Shown: one piece after another, positions 10,547-19,351 of the stretch
Numbering within the stretch: position 1 is the stretch's first letter
Layout of the letters: every line of letters starts with the position of its first letter
NCBI GenBank assembly: GCA_965240335.1
Contig: CBDEKM010000008.1
Span: 311,072-375,071, forward strand
From: a bacterium
GTDB taxonomy: Bacteria; JAAXHH01
Length of the DNA: 64,000 nucleotides
Reading direction: 5' to 3'
The notes under the pieces: model-generated
Databases searched by the model: none
The model's input: the letters and a program-made list of their open reading frames with translations, nothing else
Told to the model about the DNA's origin: nothing
Translations under genes and position numbers: made by a program

Positions 10547-10618
10547 TTGATTTTCCTGTGCGCGCACATTAGATTTCATCGCTTGATCGGCAAAAATCAT
10601 CGCCTGATCGGAAAAATC
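10547..10618 (+). promoter_or_regulatory. Promoter-like TTGATT-17-TAGATT followed by two tandem 21-bp direct repeats (ATCGCYTGATCGGNAAAAATC) in the rpmG leader
   Basis: TTGATT at 10547-10552, TAGATT at 10570-10575. Repeats at 10578-10598 and 10599-10618, about 35 nt upstream of the rpmG Shine-Dalgarno. Confidence 0.3.
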
Positions 10619-10652
10619 GGCATTCTGAAGATTCGTTCGTCGAGGAGTACAG

Positions 10653-10815
10653 CATGGCCAAGGGCAAAAACCGTGACCTGGTAAAAATGAAGAGCACGGA
10701 AAGCGCGCATTGCTACTACACCAAGAAAAACCGGCGTAACACGACCGCCCGCATCGAAATGAAGAAATACGATCCCACGCTGCGGCGGCACGTCATGTAC
10801 CGGGAGACGCGGTAG
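10653..10815 (+). CDS. rpmG: 50S ribosomal protein L33, with apparent +1 frameshift (one extra G in CTGGGT) after codon 9
   Basis: Strong SD (GAGGAG) 6 nt before ATG 10653 gives MAKGKNRDL. The rest of L33 ([44 protein letters not shown]) lies in the +1 frame and ends at 10815. Matches non-zinc L33 family members (MAKKGNRIQVILECTEH...YITTKNKKNT...LEIKKFNP). The in-frame reading instead terminates at 10737-10739. Confidence 0.7.
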
Positions 10816-10838
10816 CGGCGTTCCTGGAGGTTTACCCC

Positions 10839-11078
10839 ATGTCGAGAAAATGCAAGTTGACCGGAAAAGGACCCCTGGTCGGCTTCAACGTATCCCACGC
10901 CCATAACAAGACCAAGCGGCGTCAATATCCCAATCTCCAGCTGAAGCGTATCTACGTACCCGAACTGGGCCGCACGGTGCGCATCAAGATGTCCGTCAGC
11001 GCCCTGCGGACGGTCACGAAGATCGGGCTGATGCCTTTCCTGAAGAAACAGGGACTGCGGCTGAAGGACGTGCTGTAG
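10839..11078 (+). CDS. rpmB: 50S ribosomal protein L28
   Basis: 79 aa, [33 protein letters not shown]..., typical L28. GGAGG SD upstream. Confidence 0.85.
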   Translation: MSRKCKLTGKGPLVGFNVSHAHNKTKRRQYPNLQLKRIYVPELGRTVRIKMSVSALRTVTKIGLMPFLKKQGLRLKDVL

Positions 11079-11089
11079 CATCCGGTCTC

Positions 11090-11605
11090 ATGCCATCGAA
11101 GAGCGCCTCATTCCATAAATCCCGCGCCGCCGAGCGCGGACCCGTGGGAGTCGCCGTCGTAACGGTCAGCGATTCCCGCACACCGGAAACGGACGTCAAC
11201 GGCGATTACCTCCGGGCGCGCATCGAAGAAGCGGGCCACCGGGTCGCCGGCTACCGGCTGATCCGGGACGAACCGGACCAGGTTGAAGACGCCCTGGAAA
11301 GCTGCACCGGCGAAGACGTCCAGGTCGTGATTTTCAATGGGGGAACCGGCATCTCGCAGAGAGACCGGACCTTCGACGTGCTGAACCGCAGGCTGGAAAA
11401 GCCCCTGCCCGGGTTCGGCGAGATATTCCGCATGCTCAGCTACGAACAGGTCGGCGCGGCGGCCATGATGTCCCGCGCCACCGCGGGCGTTTACCGAAAT
11501 ACAGTCATTATCTCTACGCCCGGCTCCCCGGCCGCGGTGAAACTCGCATGGGAGAAACTGATCGTGACGGAAATCTCCCACATGGGCTGGGAACTTACCC
11601 GGTAA
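11090..11605 (+). CDS. Molybdenum cofactor biosynthesis protein MogA/MoaB family
   Basis: 171 aa MoCF_biosynth-like: [11 protein letters not shown]...GGTGISQRD...[11 protein letters not shown]. Confidence 0.7.
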   Translation: MPSKSASFHKSRAAERGPVGVAVVTVSDSRTPETDVNGDYLRARIEEAGHRVAGYRLIRDEPDQVEDALESCTGEDVQVVIFNGGTGISQRDRTFDVLNRRLEKPLPGFGEIFRMLSYEQVGAAAMMSRATAGVYRNTVIISTPGSPAAVKLAWEKLIVTEISHMGWELTR

Positions 11606-11676
11606 TCATCCCGGGCCGGGCGGTCCGGGCGGACCGGGAACTTACCCGATCATCAACATTACCCACGGAGGTCTTC

Positions 11677-13137
11677 ATGCTGTCCCCGAATCGAGGCACC
11701 GTACACGGGGTCGCGCACCACGTGATCCTGCGTTACTCCCTGTCCCTCGCCCTGAGCCTTGCGCTGGCATGCTCGGCGGCCATGGCTTTCGATGTCCGCG
11801 CACAAACCGACGACGAGAAAACCGTCGACGCCATTTTCGACGAACGGCTGACCACCGGCGAGATGTACGACCTGCTGGGCGATCTGTGCAAGAACATCGG
11901 ACCGCGCCTGAGTGGCTCGGAAGGCGCCGAACGCGCCGTGGCATGGGCCAAAGAGGTGATGGAAGGGTACGGGTTCGACCGGGTCTACCTCCAGGAAGTC
12001 ATGGTGCCCCACTGGGAACGTGGCGGTAAGGAGCAGGTACGGATAGTCGACGTCGAGGGAGGCATGATCGAATTGCGCGCCCTGGCCATCGGCGGATCGG
12101 TACCTACGGCTCCAGAGGGGATCGCGGCGGAGGTGGTGGTGGTTCACTCCGTCGACGAGGTGAATGATCTGGGTCGCGACGTCATTGAAGGGAAAATCGT
12201 TTTCTATAACCGGCCCTTCGACCAGACGGTGATCGGCACGGGACCCGGTTACGGCGGGGCGGTCGGTCAGCGTTCCGCGGGCCCTTCCCAGGCGGCGAAG
12301 CAGGGCGCCGTGGGCGTGGTGATCCGTTCGGTCGCCTCCAACTTCGACGACGAACCCCACACCGGCGGCCTGCGTTACCTCGACGGCACGGAGCGTATAC
12401 CCGCGGCGGCGCTGGGTTTTCAGTCCGCCGACCGGCTGATCAAGGTACTGGAAGATCAACCCGACGCCAGGCTCTACATGCACCTGTCCTCCAAGTGGCA
12501 TCCCGACGCCCTTTCCCATAACGTGATCGGCGAGATCCGGGGCAGCGAACGGCCGGACGAGATCATCCTGGTGGGCGGCCACCTGGATTCGTGGGACGTG
12601 GCTGAAGGCGCTCATGACGACGGCGCGGGCAGCGTCCATGCCATCGGCGTGCTGCGTACCTTCATGGAACTTGGCATCCGGCCCCGGCACACCATCCGGG
12701 CCGTCTTGTTCATGAACGAGGAAAACGGCCTTCGCGGCGGCATAAAATACGCCGAGGTGGCGAAGGAATCCGGCGAGAAACACCTGATCGCGCTCGAAAG
12801 CGACGCGGGCGGATTCAGCCCGAGGGGATTCGGCGTGAGTGCCGACGACGAAGTCATCGAGCGGTTCCGGTCGTGGCTGCCCCTCTTTCCCCAGAACACG
12901 ATCGCATACATCAACAAGGGTGGGGGCGGCGCAGACATCGGTCCGCTCCGCAGGGAGACGGGTACCCCGACCATCGGGTTCATTCCGGATTCGCAGCGCA
13001 TGTTCGACCTCCACCATGCCCCGACCGATGTTTTCGAGACGGTGAACCGGCGGGAACTGGAACTGGGAGGCGCGTCCATCGCCTCGTTGATCTACCTGAT
13101 CGACAAGTACGGCCTGCAGGACGACAAGGCGCAATAG
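11677..13137 (+). CDS. M28 family zinc peptidase with PA domain, secreted
   Basis: Start chosen at ATG 11677 (GGAGG upstream, signal peptide MLSPNRGTVHGVAHHVILRYSLSLALSLALACSAAMA). M28 motifs HLDSW, DDGAGS, NEENGLRG. Confidence 0.8.
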   Translation: MLSPNRGTVHGVAHHVILRYSLSLALSLALACSAAMAFDVRAQTDDEKTVDAIFDERLTTGEMYDLLGDLCKNIGPRLSGSEGAERAVAWAKEVMEGYGFDRVYLQEVMVPHWERGGKEQVRIVDVEGGMIELRALAIGGSVPTAPEGIAAEVVVVHSVDEVNDLGRDVIEGKIVFYNRPFDQTVIGTGPGYGGAVGQRSAGPSQAAKQGAVGVVIRSVASNFDDEPHTGGLRYLDGTERIPAAALGFQSADRLIKVLEDQPDARLYMHLSSKWHPDALSHNVIGEIRGSERPDEIILVGGHLDSWDVAEGAHDDGAGSVHAIGVLRTFMELGIRPRHTIRAVLFMNEENGLRGGIKYAEVAKESGEKHLIALESDAGGFSPRGFGVSADDEVIERFRSWLPLFPQNTIAYINKGGGGADIGPLRRETGTPTIGFIPDSQRMFDLHHAPTDVFETVNRRELELGGASIASLIYLIDKYGLQDDKAQ

Positions 13138-13146
13138 GAGGGGGCG

Positions 13147-13731
13147 ATGACGACGCTCAGAATCCTCCTCTGCCTGACGTTCATCCCGATCGGCCTGGTC
13201 GGCCCGGTCGGCCCGGTCAGCCCGGTCAGTCCAGTCAGCCTGGGCAGTCCAGTCAGCCTGGTCTGCATGCCATCCCCGGCATCGGCCCACGAGTTCTACG
13301 TCAGCATCACCAGGGTCAAATGGCACGCGGACGAACATCGGCTCGACATAACAGTGCGGATCTTTACGGACGACCTGGAGGAGGCCATCGTGGCGGAAGG
13401 CGGCCCCCGGCTCCGGCTCTGGACCGGCCAGGCCCATGTTGACCGCGACCTGCACGTGGCGGACTACCTGGCCTCCCGGCTGGCATTCCGTATCAACGGA
13501 GCGGAGGGGAAACTTGTCTACGCCGGCATGGAGGACGCGCTTGACGCCACCGCCTGTTTGGTGCAGATTACGGATGTGGACCGCGTGGAAACGATCGAGG
13601 TCGAGAACCGGATCCTGATCGATCTGTACGACACGCAGGCCAACGTGATGCGGTTCGAAATCGGCGGCGAGAAGAAGTACGTCAACCTGAGTAAGGGGAC
13701 CGTCAAGGGGACGGTTCGTTTCGGTTCCTGA
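13147..13731 (+). CDS. Secreted protein of the family usually found between M28 peptidase and HupE/UreJ (DUF6702-like, tentative)
   Basis: 194 aa. Long signal region containing a 9-bp tandem-repeat tract (GPVGPVSPVSPVSLGSPVS). Mature HEFYVSITRVKWH... Synteny M28 - this gene - HupE/UreJ. Confidence 0.45.
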   Translation: MTTLRILLCLTFIPIGLVGPVGPVSPVSPVSLGSPVSLVCMPSPASAHEFYVSITRVKWHADEHRLDITVRIFTDDLEEAIVAEGGPRLRLWTGQAHVDRDLHVADYLASRLAFRINGAEGKLVYAGMEDALDATACLVQITDVDRVETIEVENRILIDLYDTQANVMRFEIGGEKKYVNLSKGTVKGTVRFGS

Positions 13732-13733
13732 AT

Positions 13734-14306
13734 ATGTCCGAATTCCAGGTATATCTGCAAATCGGTTTCGACCATATTTCGGACCTGCGCGCCTACGACC
13801 ACATCGTATTCATCATCGCCCTCTGCGCCGCCTACCCGCTAAAACGGTGGCGTTCGGTACTTTTGCTCGTTACGGCTTTCACGATCGGGCATTCGATCAC
13901 CCTGGCGCTGGCCACGCTCCGCATCGTGCTGGTACCTTCGGACCTGGTCGAGACGCTCATCCCCGTGACGATACTGGCGACGTGCCTGATGAACGTCTTC
14001 AGGCCATCGGAGGGAAGAACCGGACGGAAGACGAGTTACGGACTTGCCCTGTTCTTCGGCCTTATCCACGGCCTGGGATTCTCGAACTACCTGAGGGCGC
14101 TGCTGGGCATGGAAGAATCGATCATCGTGCCGCTCCTGTCCTTCAACATCGGACTGGAACTTGGTCAGTTGATGATCGTGGCGGTCTTCACGAGCGCGGC
14201 CTTCGTGTTCCTTCAGATACTGGGTACGCCGCACCGTCAGTGGAACCTCTTCGTATCGGGTGCGGCCGCAGGAGTTTCGGCCATGTTGCTGCTGGGGGCG
14301 AGCTGA
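13734..14306 (+). CDS. HupE/UreJ family membrane protein (Ni/Co transporter-like)
   Basis: 190 aa, 6 TM. N-terminal HxxxxxH-type motif (GFDHISDLRAYDHIVFIIAL), GHSITL, typical of HupE/UreJ. Confidence 0.75.
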   Translation: MSEFQVYLQIGFDHISDLRAYDHIVFIIALCAAYPLKRWRSVLLLVTAFTIGHSITLALATLRIVLVPSDLVETLIPVTILATCLMNVFRPSEGRTGRKTSYGLALFFGLIHGLGFSNYLRALLGMEESIIVPLLSFNIGLELGQLMIVAVFTSAAFVFLQILGTPHRQWNLFVSGAAAGVSAMLLLGAS

Positions 14307-14331
14307 AGGCGATCGGGGAGGATAGACCATC

Positions 14332-14760
14332 GTGACGCTTGACACGACGATAGAAGAAGTGCTGGAAGACTTCGAATACCTGGATGACTGGGAAGAACGC
14401 TACCAGGAGATCATCGACCTGGGAAAGAAGATTCCGCCCCTGGACGCGTCCTACAAAACGGAAGCGTACAAGGTCAAGGGATGCGTGAGCCAGGTCTGGT
14501 TCGTTCCCCATGTCGTCGAGACCCTGCCGCCGACCATCACCTTCGACGCGGACAGCGACGCCCACATCGTCCGCGGCCTCGTGGCCATCCTCCTCATGGT
14601 CTACTCCGGCAAGACGCCGCGGCAGATCCTGGACGCCGATATAGAGGGCATCTTCGACCGGATGGACCTGGCTTCCCATCTCAGTCCGAGCAGAAGCAAC
14701 GGATTCCGCTCCATGGTTAAGAAGATCCGCTCGATCGCAAGCGGCGCGTTGGCCAACTAG
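14332..14760 (+). CDS. sufE: SufE family cysteine desulfuration protein
   Basis: 142 aa. Conserved KVKGCVSQVW active-site region. GTG start with GGGGAGGA upstream. Confidence 0.8.
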   Translation: MTLDTTIEEVLEDFEYLDDWEERYQEIIDLGKKIPPLDASYKTEAYKVKGCVSQVWFVPHVVETLPPTITFDADSDAHIVRGLVAILLMVYSGKTPRQILDADIEGIFDRMDLASHLSPSRSNGFRSMVKKIRSIASGALAN

Positions 14761-14816
14761 ACCTTCTCAGGCCGCATCGACCGCACCGGTCCGCCTAAAT
14801 CCCGCCCTGGACCCGT

Positions 14817-15758
14817 CTATACATTCATATCAGCCACGATATCGTCGATTTGTAAACGATGTTCGTCGGATAGCTCCCAACCCACCGCGTCGATGTTCTG
14901 TTCAACGTGGGCAGGACGCGTCGCTCCGCACAGGACCGACGTGATTCCCGGCTGGCGGGCCGTCCAGTGGATGACGAGCTGGGCGATGGATTTCCCGTAT
15001 GCATCGGCGATGGGTTTCATCCGATCGAGCGTGTCGAGCGTACGCCCCATCGCTTCCCCCTTGAACCGGCCGTCGTCGTTACGGGAATCGCCTTCCGGAA
15101 ACTGGTGGCCCCGGCCATATTTCCCGGTCAGCAGTCCCTTGTACAGCGGCCAGTAAGAGATCACGCCGATGCGGTGGTGCAGGCAGTGGGGCAGGATTTC
15201 CGCCTCGATGTCGCGGATGAGCAGGTTGTAGGGCGGCTGGTCCGAGTGCAGTGGCGCATGGTCTGCGAAACTTTTCATCTGCGCCACGTCGTAATTGCTC
15301 ACGCCGATCGCCCGGATCTTGCCCTGTTCCTTCAGTTCAGCAAGCGTGATGGCCGTTTCCTCGAAGGGGGTGTCCTCGTCCGGCGCGTGCACCTGGTACA
15401 GGTCGATGTAGTCGGTATTCAAGCGGCGCAGGCTCTCCTCGATCTGCTCCAGAATGCGTTTCCGCGAACTGTCGCGCATCAGCGTGGTGCCATCCCAGTA
15501 CAGACCGCATTTCGTCGCCAGTACGATCTGGTCTCGCCTGCCGGCGATGGCCCGGCCCACCAGCCGTTCCGATTCGCCGTTCCGCCCGTACATGTACGCG
15601 GTGTCGATGAGGGTAATGCCGCCGTCCATGGCCGCCTCCAGCGCCGCCAGGGACTCGTTGTCGTCGATGCCGGTCCAGCCGACGCCGGCCATGGGCCAGC
15701 AACCCATGCCGACGGCCGATACCGTCAGGCCCGATTCACCCAGTGCTCTGTATTCCAT
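14817..15758 (-). CDS. Aldo/keto reductase
   Basis: 313 aa. MEYRALGESGLTVSAVGMGCW..., IDTAYMYG, ATK catalytic Lys, IPGATR-type C-terminal motif (LCGATRPAHVEQN). Confidence 0.85.
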   Translation of the reverse strand: MEYRALGESGLTVSAVGMGCWPMAGVGWTGIDDNESLAALEAAMDGGITLIDTAYMYGRNGESERLVGRAIAGRRDQIVLATKCGLYWDGTTLMRDSSRKRILEQIEESLRRLNTDYIDLYQVHAPDEDTPFEETAITLAELKEQGKIRAIGVSNYDVAQMKSFADHAPLHSDQPPYNLLIRDIEAEILPHCLHHRIGVISYWPLYKGLLTGKYGRGHQFPEGDSRNDDGRFKGEAMGRTLDTLDRMKPIADAYGKSIAQLVIHWTARQPGITSVLCGATRPAHVEQNIDAVGWELSDEHRLQIDDIVADMNV

Positions 15759-16067
15759 GCTTGTTTCCTTTGACAGATGATCCCGGAACGCCAGTTGCCG
15801 GATGAGGCCGGAACCGGCATAGAGGGAAACCGGTAAAGACCGATCCTGGAAAGGCCGGGATGCGTCCCGCGATCGATTCGATTTGCGATTGACTTGGATG
15901 GCAGGGAGAACATATATTGAATATACTCGGAAGTTCTCGGTAAGGTAGCTTATACCGCGTGTCTATTTCGCGTTCAATCGATAATGACCAGTTCAGGGCA
16001 GCGACCTGTCCGAAAGCGCTGACCCCCAGAACCAGATTCCAAAAATCGCAAGTCCAGGGAGGTAAAC

Positions 16068-16715
16068 ATGTTGAAAACCGGATTTTCTCTCATGGTCGCT
16101 ATAGTCCTCGCGGCATCCCCGGCGCTCGCCGGTTCGCCGTCGGTTACCGGCGATTACGTGGAAGTACGCTCCAACCACATCCTCGGCGGCGGCTGTACCT
16201 ACTCGGCCGAGGCGGGGGGCGATGCCAACCAGGCCGTGGTGGCATGGCGCATCCGTGAAGGCGCGTTGGCCGATCTGGCCGTCGTCGCCGTCATACACGG
16301 AGAAGGCAACCTGCAACTCGGCCATCACGCCCGCGAAACCGTGTTGCTGATCGACAGCCGGGCCACGCCGACACAGCGGCAAGCCCTGAAAAGCACCTTC
16401 ACGGCCCGGTACGGTGATCTTTTCGGCACGGTAAAGACGGTGAAGCCAACCGAAATTTCCTTCCGCCACGATGGCGGTGATGCTTTCGCCGTTTCGGTGG
16501 ATGGCCACGTTCGCGTTTCTACCCGAACCATGCTGGCGACCGACCACGAGCCCAACTGCGACCGCATGGTCTGGTACGATCCCTTTACCCGTGACGCTTC
16601 GGCCACGCTGGTCCAGACCGCCGCCCACGCGTACAGCGGTTCGGACCTGATCGCGACGTGGAGCATACCGAACAAGCGCAGCGCATACGTGGGGACCTTC
16701 GCCTTTACGCCGTAA
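16068..16715 (+). CDS. Secreted hypothetical protein (DUF1326-like, tentative)
   Basis: 215 aa, signal peptide (LAASPALAGS), GDYVEVRS...GGGC motif. Co-directional with the downstream DMT transporter. Confidence 0.4.
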   Translation: MLKTGFSLMVAIVLAASPALAGSPSVTGDYVEVRSNHILGGGCTYSAEAGGDANQAVVAWRIREGALADLAVVAVIHGEGNLQLGHHARETVLLIDSRATPTQRQALKSTFTARYGDLFGTVKTVKPTEISFRHDGGDAFAVSVDGHVRVSTRTMLATDHEPNCDRMVWYDPFTRDASATLVQTAAHAYSGSDLIATWSIPNKRSAYVGTFAFTP

Positions 16716-16754
16716 CCAACCGACGGAGAGCAAACCACGGCGCTCGGACTCCTT

Positions 16755-17591
16755 TTGCTGATCACGGCGACGGTTGTGACGTCGTGCTTCGGCCTGATAC
16801 TGAAATCTGCCCACCAAAACGGCCGTAACCCCCTGGCGGTGGGCAGCCTGAACTACGCCGCCGGCGCCCTGTTCTCCGGCCTGTTGATGCTTACCGATTC
16901 GGGTTGGGTCTGGCACGGGACCACCGTGTTGATCGGCGCGGCCAGCGGGGTCTGCTACTTCGTCGCCTTCTACTTTCTGATCCAGGCCCTCCTGCAAGGT
17001 GGGGTCGCCGTGACCCTGGCGATCGTCCGCCTGTCCGTCCTGATTCCCATCCTCTGTTCGATCGTCATCTGGTATGAGATCCCCAATCTACAGCAAATTG
17101 CGGGCATCGCCACCGTCTGCGTCGCATTGCCGCTCCTGACGCTAGGCCTGGGCAGGCAAACCAACCTGTCGCTGCGCGGCGTCGCATGGCTGGTCAGCGC
17201 CCTCTTCGTCACGACGGGATTCTGCCATCTATCCCCCAAAGTCTTCAGCGAACTCGCACCCCAGAGCCAGATGTCGCTCTACCTGTTCTCACTCTTCGCC
17301 GTATCCGGTGTAATGGGACTGTGCTATATCTGGTACAAGCCGATCCGCGCGAGCTTGCCCGACGTGCGGTGGAGCTTTCTGCTGGGCGCGTGCAACGTCG
17401 TGGGAACCTGGCTTCTCGTCCTCACGCTCAAGTTTCTACCGGGCACCATTGTCTTTCCCTTCGTCAGCTCGGTCGGCCTTGTCATCACCACGCTCGTAGC
17501 TATATTGTACTGGAAAGAACAGGTGCGCAGGCTCGCTTACGTCGGCATCGGCCTGACCCTGGTCGCGGTCGTCCTGGTCAACAGCGGTTGA
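16755..17591 (+). CDS. EamA/DMT superfamily transporter (10 TM)
   Basis: 278 aa, 10 hydrophobic segments in two 5-TM halves. TTG start. Confidence 0.6.
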   Translation: MLITATVVTSCFGLILKSAHQNGRNPLAVGSLNYAAGALFSGLLMLTDSGWVWHGTTVLIGAASGVCYFVAFYFLIQALLQGGVAVTLAIVRLSVLIPILCSIVIWYEIPNLQQIAGIATVCVALPLLTLGLGRQTNLSLRGVAWLVSALFVTTGFCHLSPKVFSELAPQSQMSLYLFSLFAVSGVMGLCYIWYKPIRASLPDVRWSFLLGACNVVGTWLLVLTLKFLPGTIVFPFVSSVGLVITTLVAILYWKEQVRRLAYVGIGLTLVAVVLVNSG

Positions 17592-17665
17592 GACCTGTTT
17601 ACGATCCGCCATATACTGTTCCTTCCGTCCAGTGGACGTTCGTGCAACCAGCGAGGTAGTATATC

Positions 17666-19351
17666 GTGCTAAAGGAGACTGATCCGACCCGGCGAGTCGT
17701 AGGCGTCGGAAGCAACGTCATGGACGTGATCTACCGGGTGAACCGGATCGCGGGACCTGAGGAAAAAACCTATATCGTGCCGGACGAAGCAGGCGAGGTC
17801 GTGACCGAGGTGGTGGGTGGCGCGACGCTGAACCACCTGGCATGGACGGCTCTTCTGGGCGTCCCGGCCGGTCTCTTCGGTTTCCAGGGCGACGACCGGT
17901 ATGGAACGATGATCCGGGACGAGATGGACCGCCATGGAATCGACCGATCGGCCATCCGGGTTCGTGAGGGTTGCCCTTCCTCCTTTTCGGTTATCAATGT
18001 GGCGGACGACGCGGAACGGGCGATCTACATGGCCCGTGCATTGACGGCGGAGACCACGGCCACGGACGTGGAAACGCATTTCGCCGATTACATACGTACC
18101 GCCGCCATGGTGACGACCGAGATATCCCAGCTCCCGCTGGAAACCGTCATTGCCGTGCTGCGCATCGCCCGCGAGGCCGGCATTCTCACCGTACTGGACG
18201 TGGATGTCCCACCGGATTTCGCCATCGATGTGGCGGGGCTCGGTTCCGTGGACGATTTCGATACGGCCCTGCACCTGGCCGACATCGTCAAACCCGCCAA
18301 GGCCGCCGCGCAGCAGATGGTGGAAGCCGACAGTTCAGAAGCACGGGCCGAGGCCATTTTCGAACGGTATGGTGCCCGGTTGGTGGCCGTCACGGAAGGC
18401 GCGCAAGGCGCGGTTGTCACCGATGGGAACCAGACGACACGCACACCGGCGAAACCGGTCAGCGCCCGGGATACGACGGGTGCCGGAGACGCCTTTCTGG
18501 GTGGGCTGATCGCGGGGCTCTACCACGAACTCTCACTGCGGGATACCGCCAATCTGGCCAACGCCTGCGGCGCCGTATGTTGTCGCATCCCAGGGGCTTT
18601 CCCCCATCTCGGTGCGAGTCGCGATGAAGTGTTTGCGCTTTACGAAGGCGATCCGGTCCCGGGTCAAAACGTACCGGAAGCCGTTGCCGGAACGATGCCG
18701 GTGTCCGTGGAAACCGGCCGGGACGGTTCGAAGGTATCGACCGCTGGAGCAATCGGATTGAACGCCGTACGGAGGACCGCCGAAGCACTGGCACAACTGC
18801 ACGAAGGCCTGACAGACACCTACTTCGACGATACCATTTCGATCATACGAAAAGCGGAAGCATCGGGCGGGCGCGTACACGTCACCGGCGTGGGGAAATC
18901 CCGCCATATCGGCCTCAAGTTGGCAGCCACGCTAAAGAGTACGGGAACGAAGGCGTATTTCCTCGATCCGGCCGACTGCAACCACGGCGACAGTGGCCAG
19001 GTGGCGGAGGGAGACGTGGTCGTCGCCCTGTCCCACAGCGGGGAGACGGACGAACTCATGGCTGCCGTGCGTACCCTCGCGGCAAACGGCGCGACGCTCA
19101 TCGCGATCACCGGGAACGCTTCATCCAGCCTGGCCCGTTCGAGCGCGGCGACCCTGCACGTACCCGCGGACGGCGAGGCCGGACCCCTGGGTCTCGCGCC
19201 GACCGTGAGCACTTCCTGTCAATTGGCCGTGGCCGACGGTCTGGCTATGGCCCTGAAGGCCGACCGCGGGTTTACCCGGGAAGACTTTGCCCGGTACCAT
19301 CCCGGCGGCAGCATCGGAAAGAAACTGAAGGATAAGGAAGGAATGCCATGA
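17666..19351 (+). CDS. Fusion protein: PfkB-family carbohydrate kinase (N) + SIS-domain sugar-phosphate isomerase (C, KdsD/GutQ-like)
   Basis: N-terminal ribokinase-like fold with the DTTGAGDAF anion hole. C-terminal 180 aa matches the arabinose-5-phosphate isomerase SIS domain (GRVHVTGVGKSRHIGLKLAATLKSTGT...ALSHSGET...GLAPTVSTS...YHPGGSIGKKL) and lacks CBS domains. Confidence 0.7.
   Translation: MLKETDPTRRVVGVGSNVMDVIYRVNRIAGPEEKTYIVPDEAGEVVTEVVGGATLNHLAWTALLGVPAGLFGFQGDDRYGTMIRDEMDRHGIDRSAIRVREGCPSSFSVINVADDAERAIYMARALTAETTATDVETHFADYIRTAAMVTTEISQLPLETVIAVLRIAREAGILTVLDVDVPPDFAIDVAGLGSVDDFDTALHLADIVKPAKAAAQQMVEADSSEARAEAIFERYGARLVAVTEGAQGAVVTDGNQTTRTPAKPVSARDTTGAGDAFLGGLIAGLYHELSLRDTANLANACGAVCCRIPGAFPHLGASRDEVFALYEGDPVPGQNVPEAVAGTMPVSVETGRDGSKVSTAGAIGLNAVRRTAEALAQLHEGLTDTYFDDTISIIRKAEASGGRVHVTGVGKSRHIGLKLAATLKSTGTKAYFLDPADCNHGDSGQVAEGDVVVALSHSGETDELMAAVRTLAANGATLIAITGNASSSLARSSAATLHVPADGEAGPLGLAPTVSTSCQLAVADGLAMALKADRGFTREDFARYHPGGSIGKKLKDKEGMP

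Noticed and set aside
11659-13455. 598-aa minus-strand ORF, and many similar long antisense ORFs (e.g. 320-1111+, 3399-4082+, 7818-8999-, 15993-16997-, 24969-25868-, 28225-29305-, 39159-40382-).
   Set aside because: They lie antisense to well-supported genes. Their compositions are Arg/Gly/Pro/Ala-rich and low-complexity, typical of stop-poor non-coding frames in high-GC DNA. No motifs were found.
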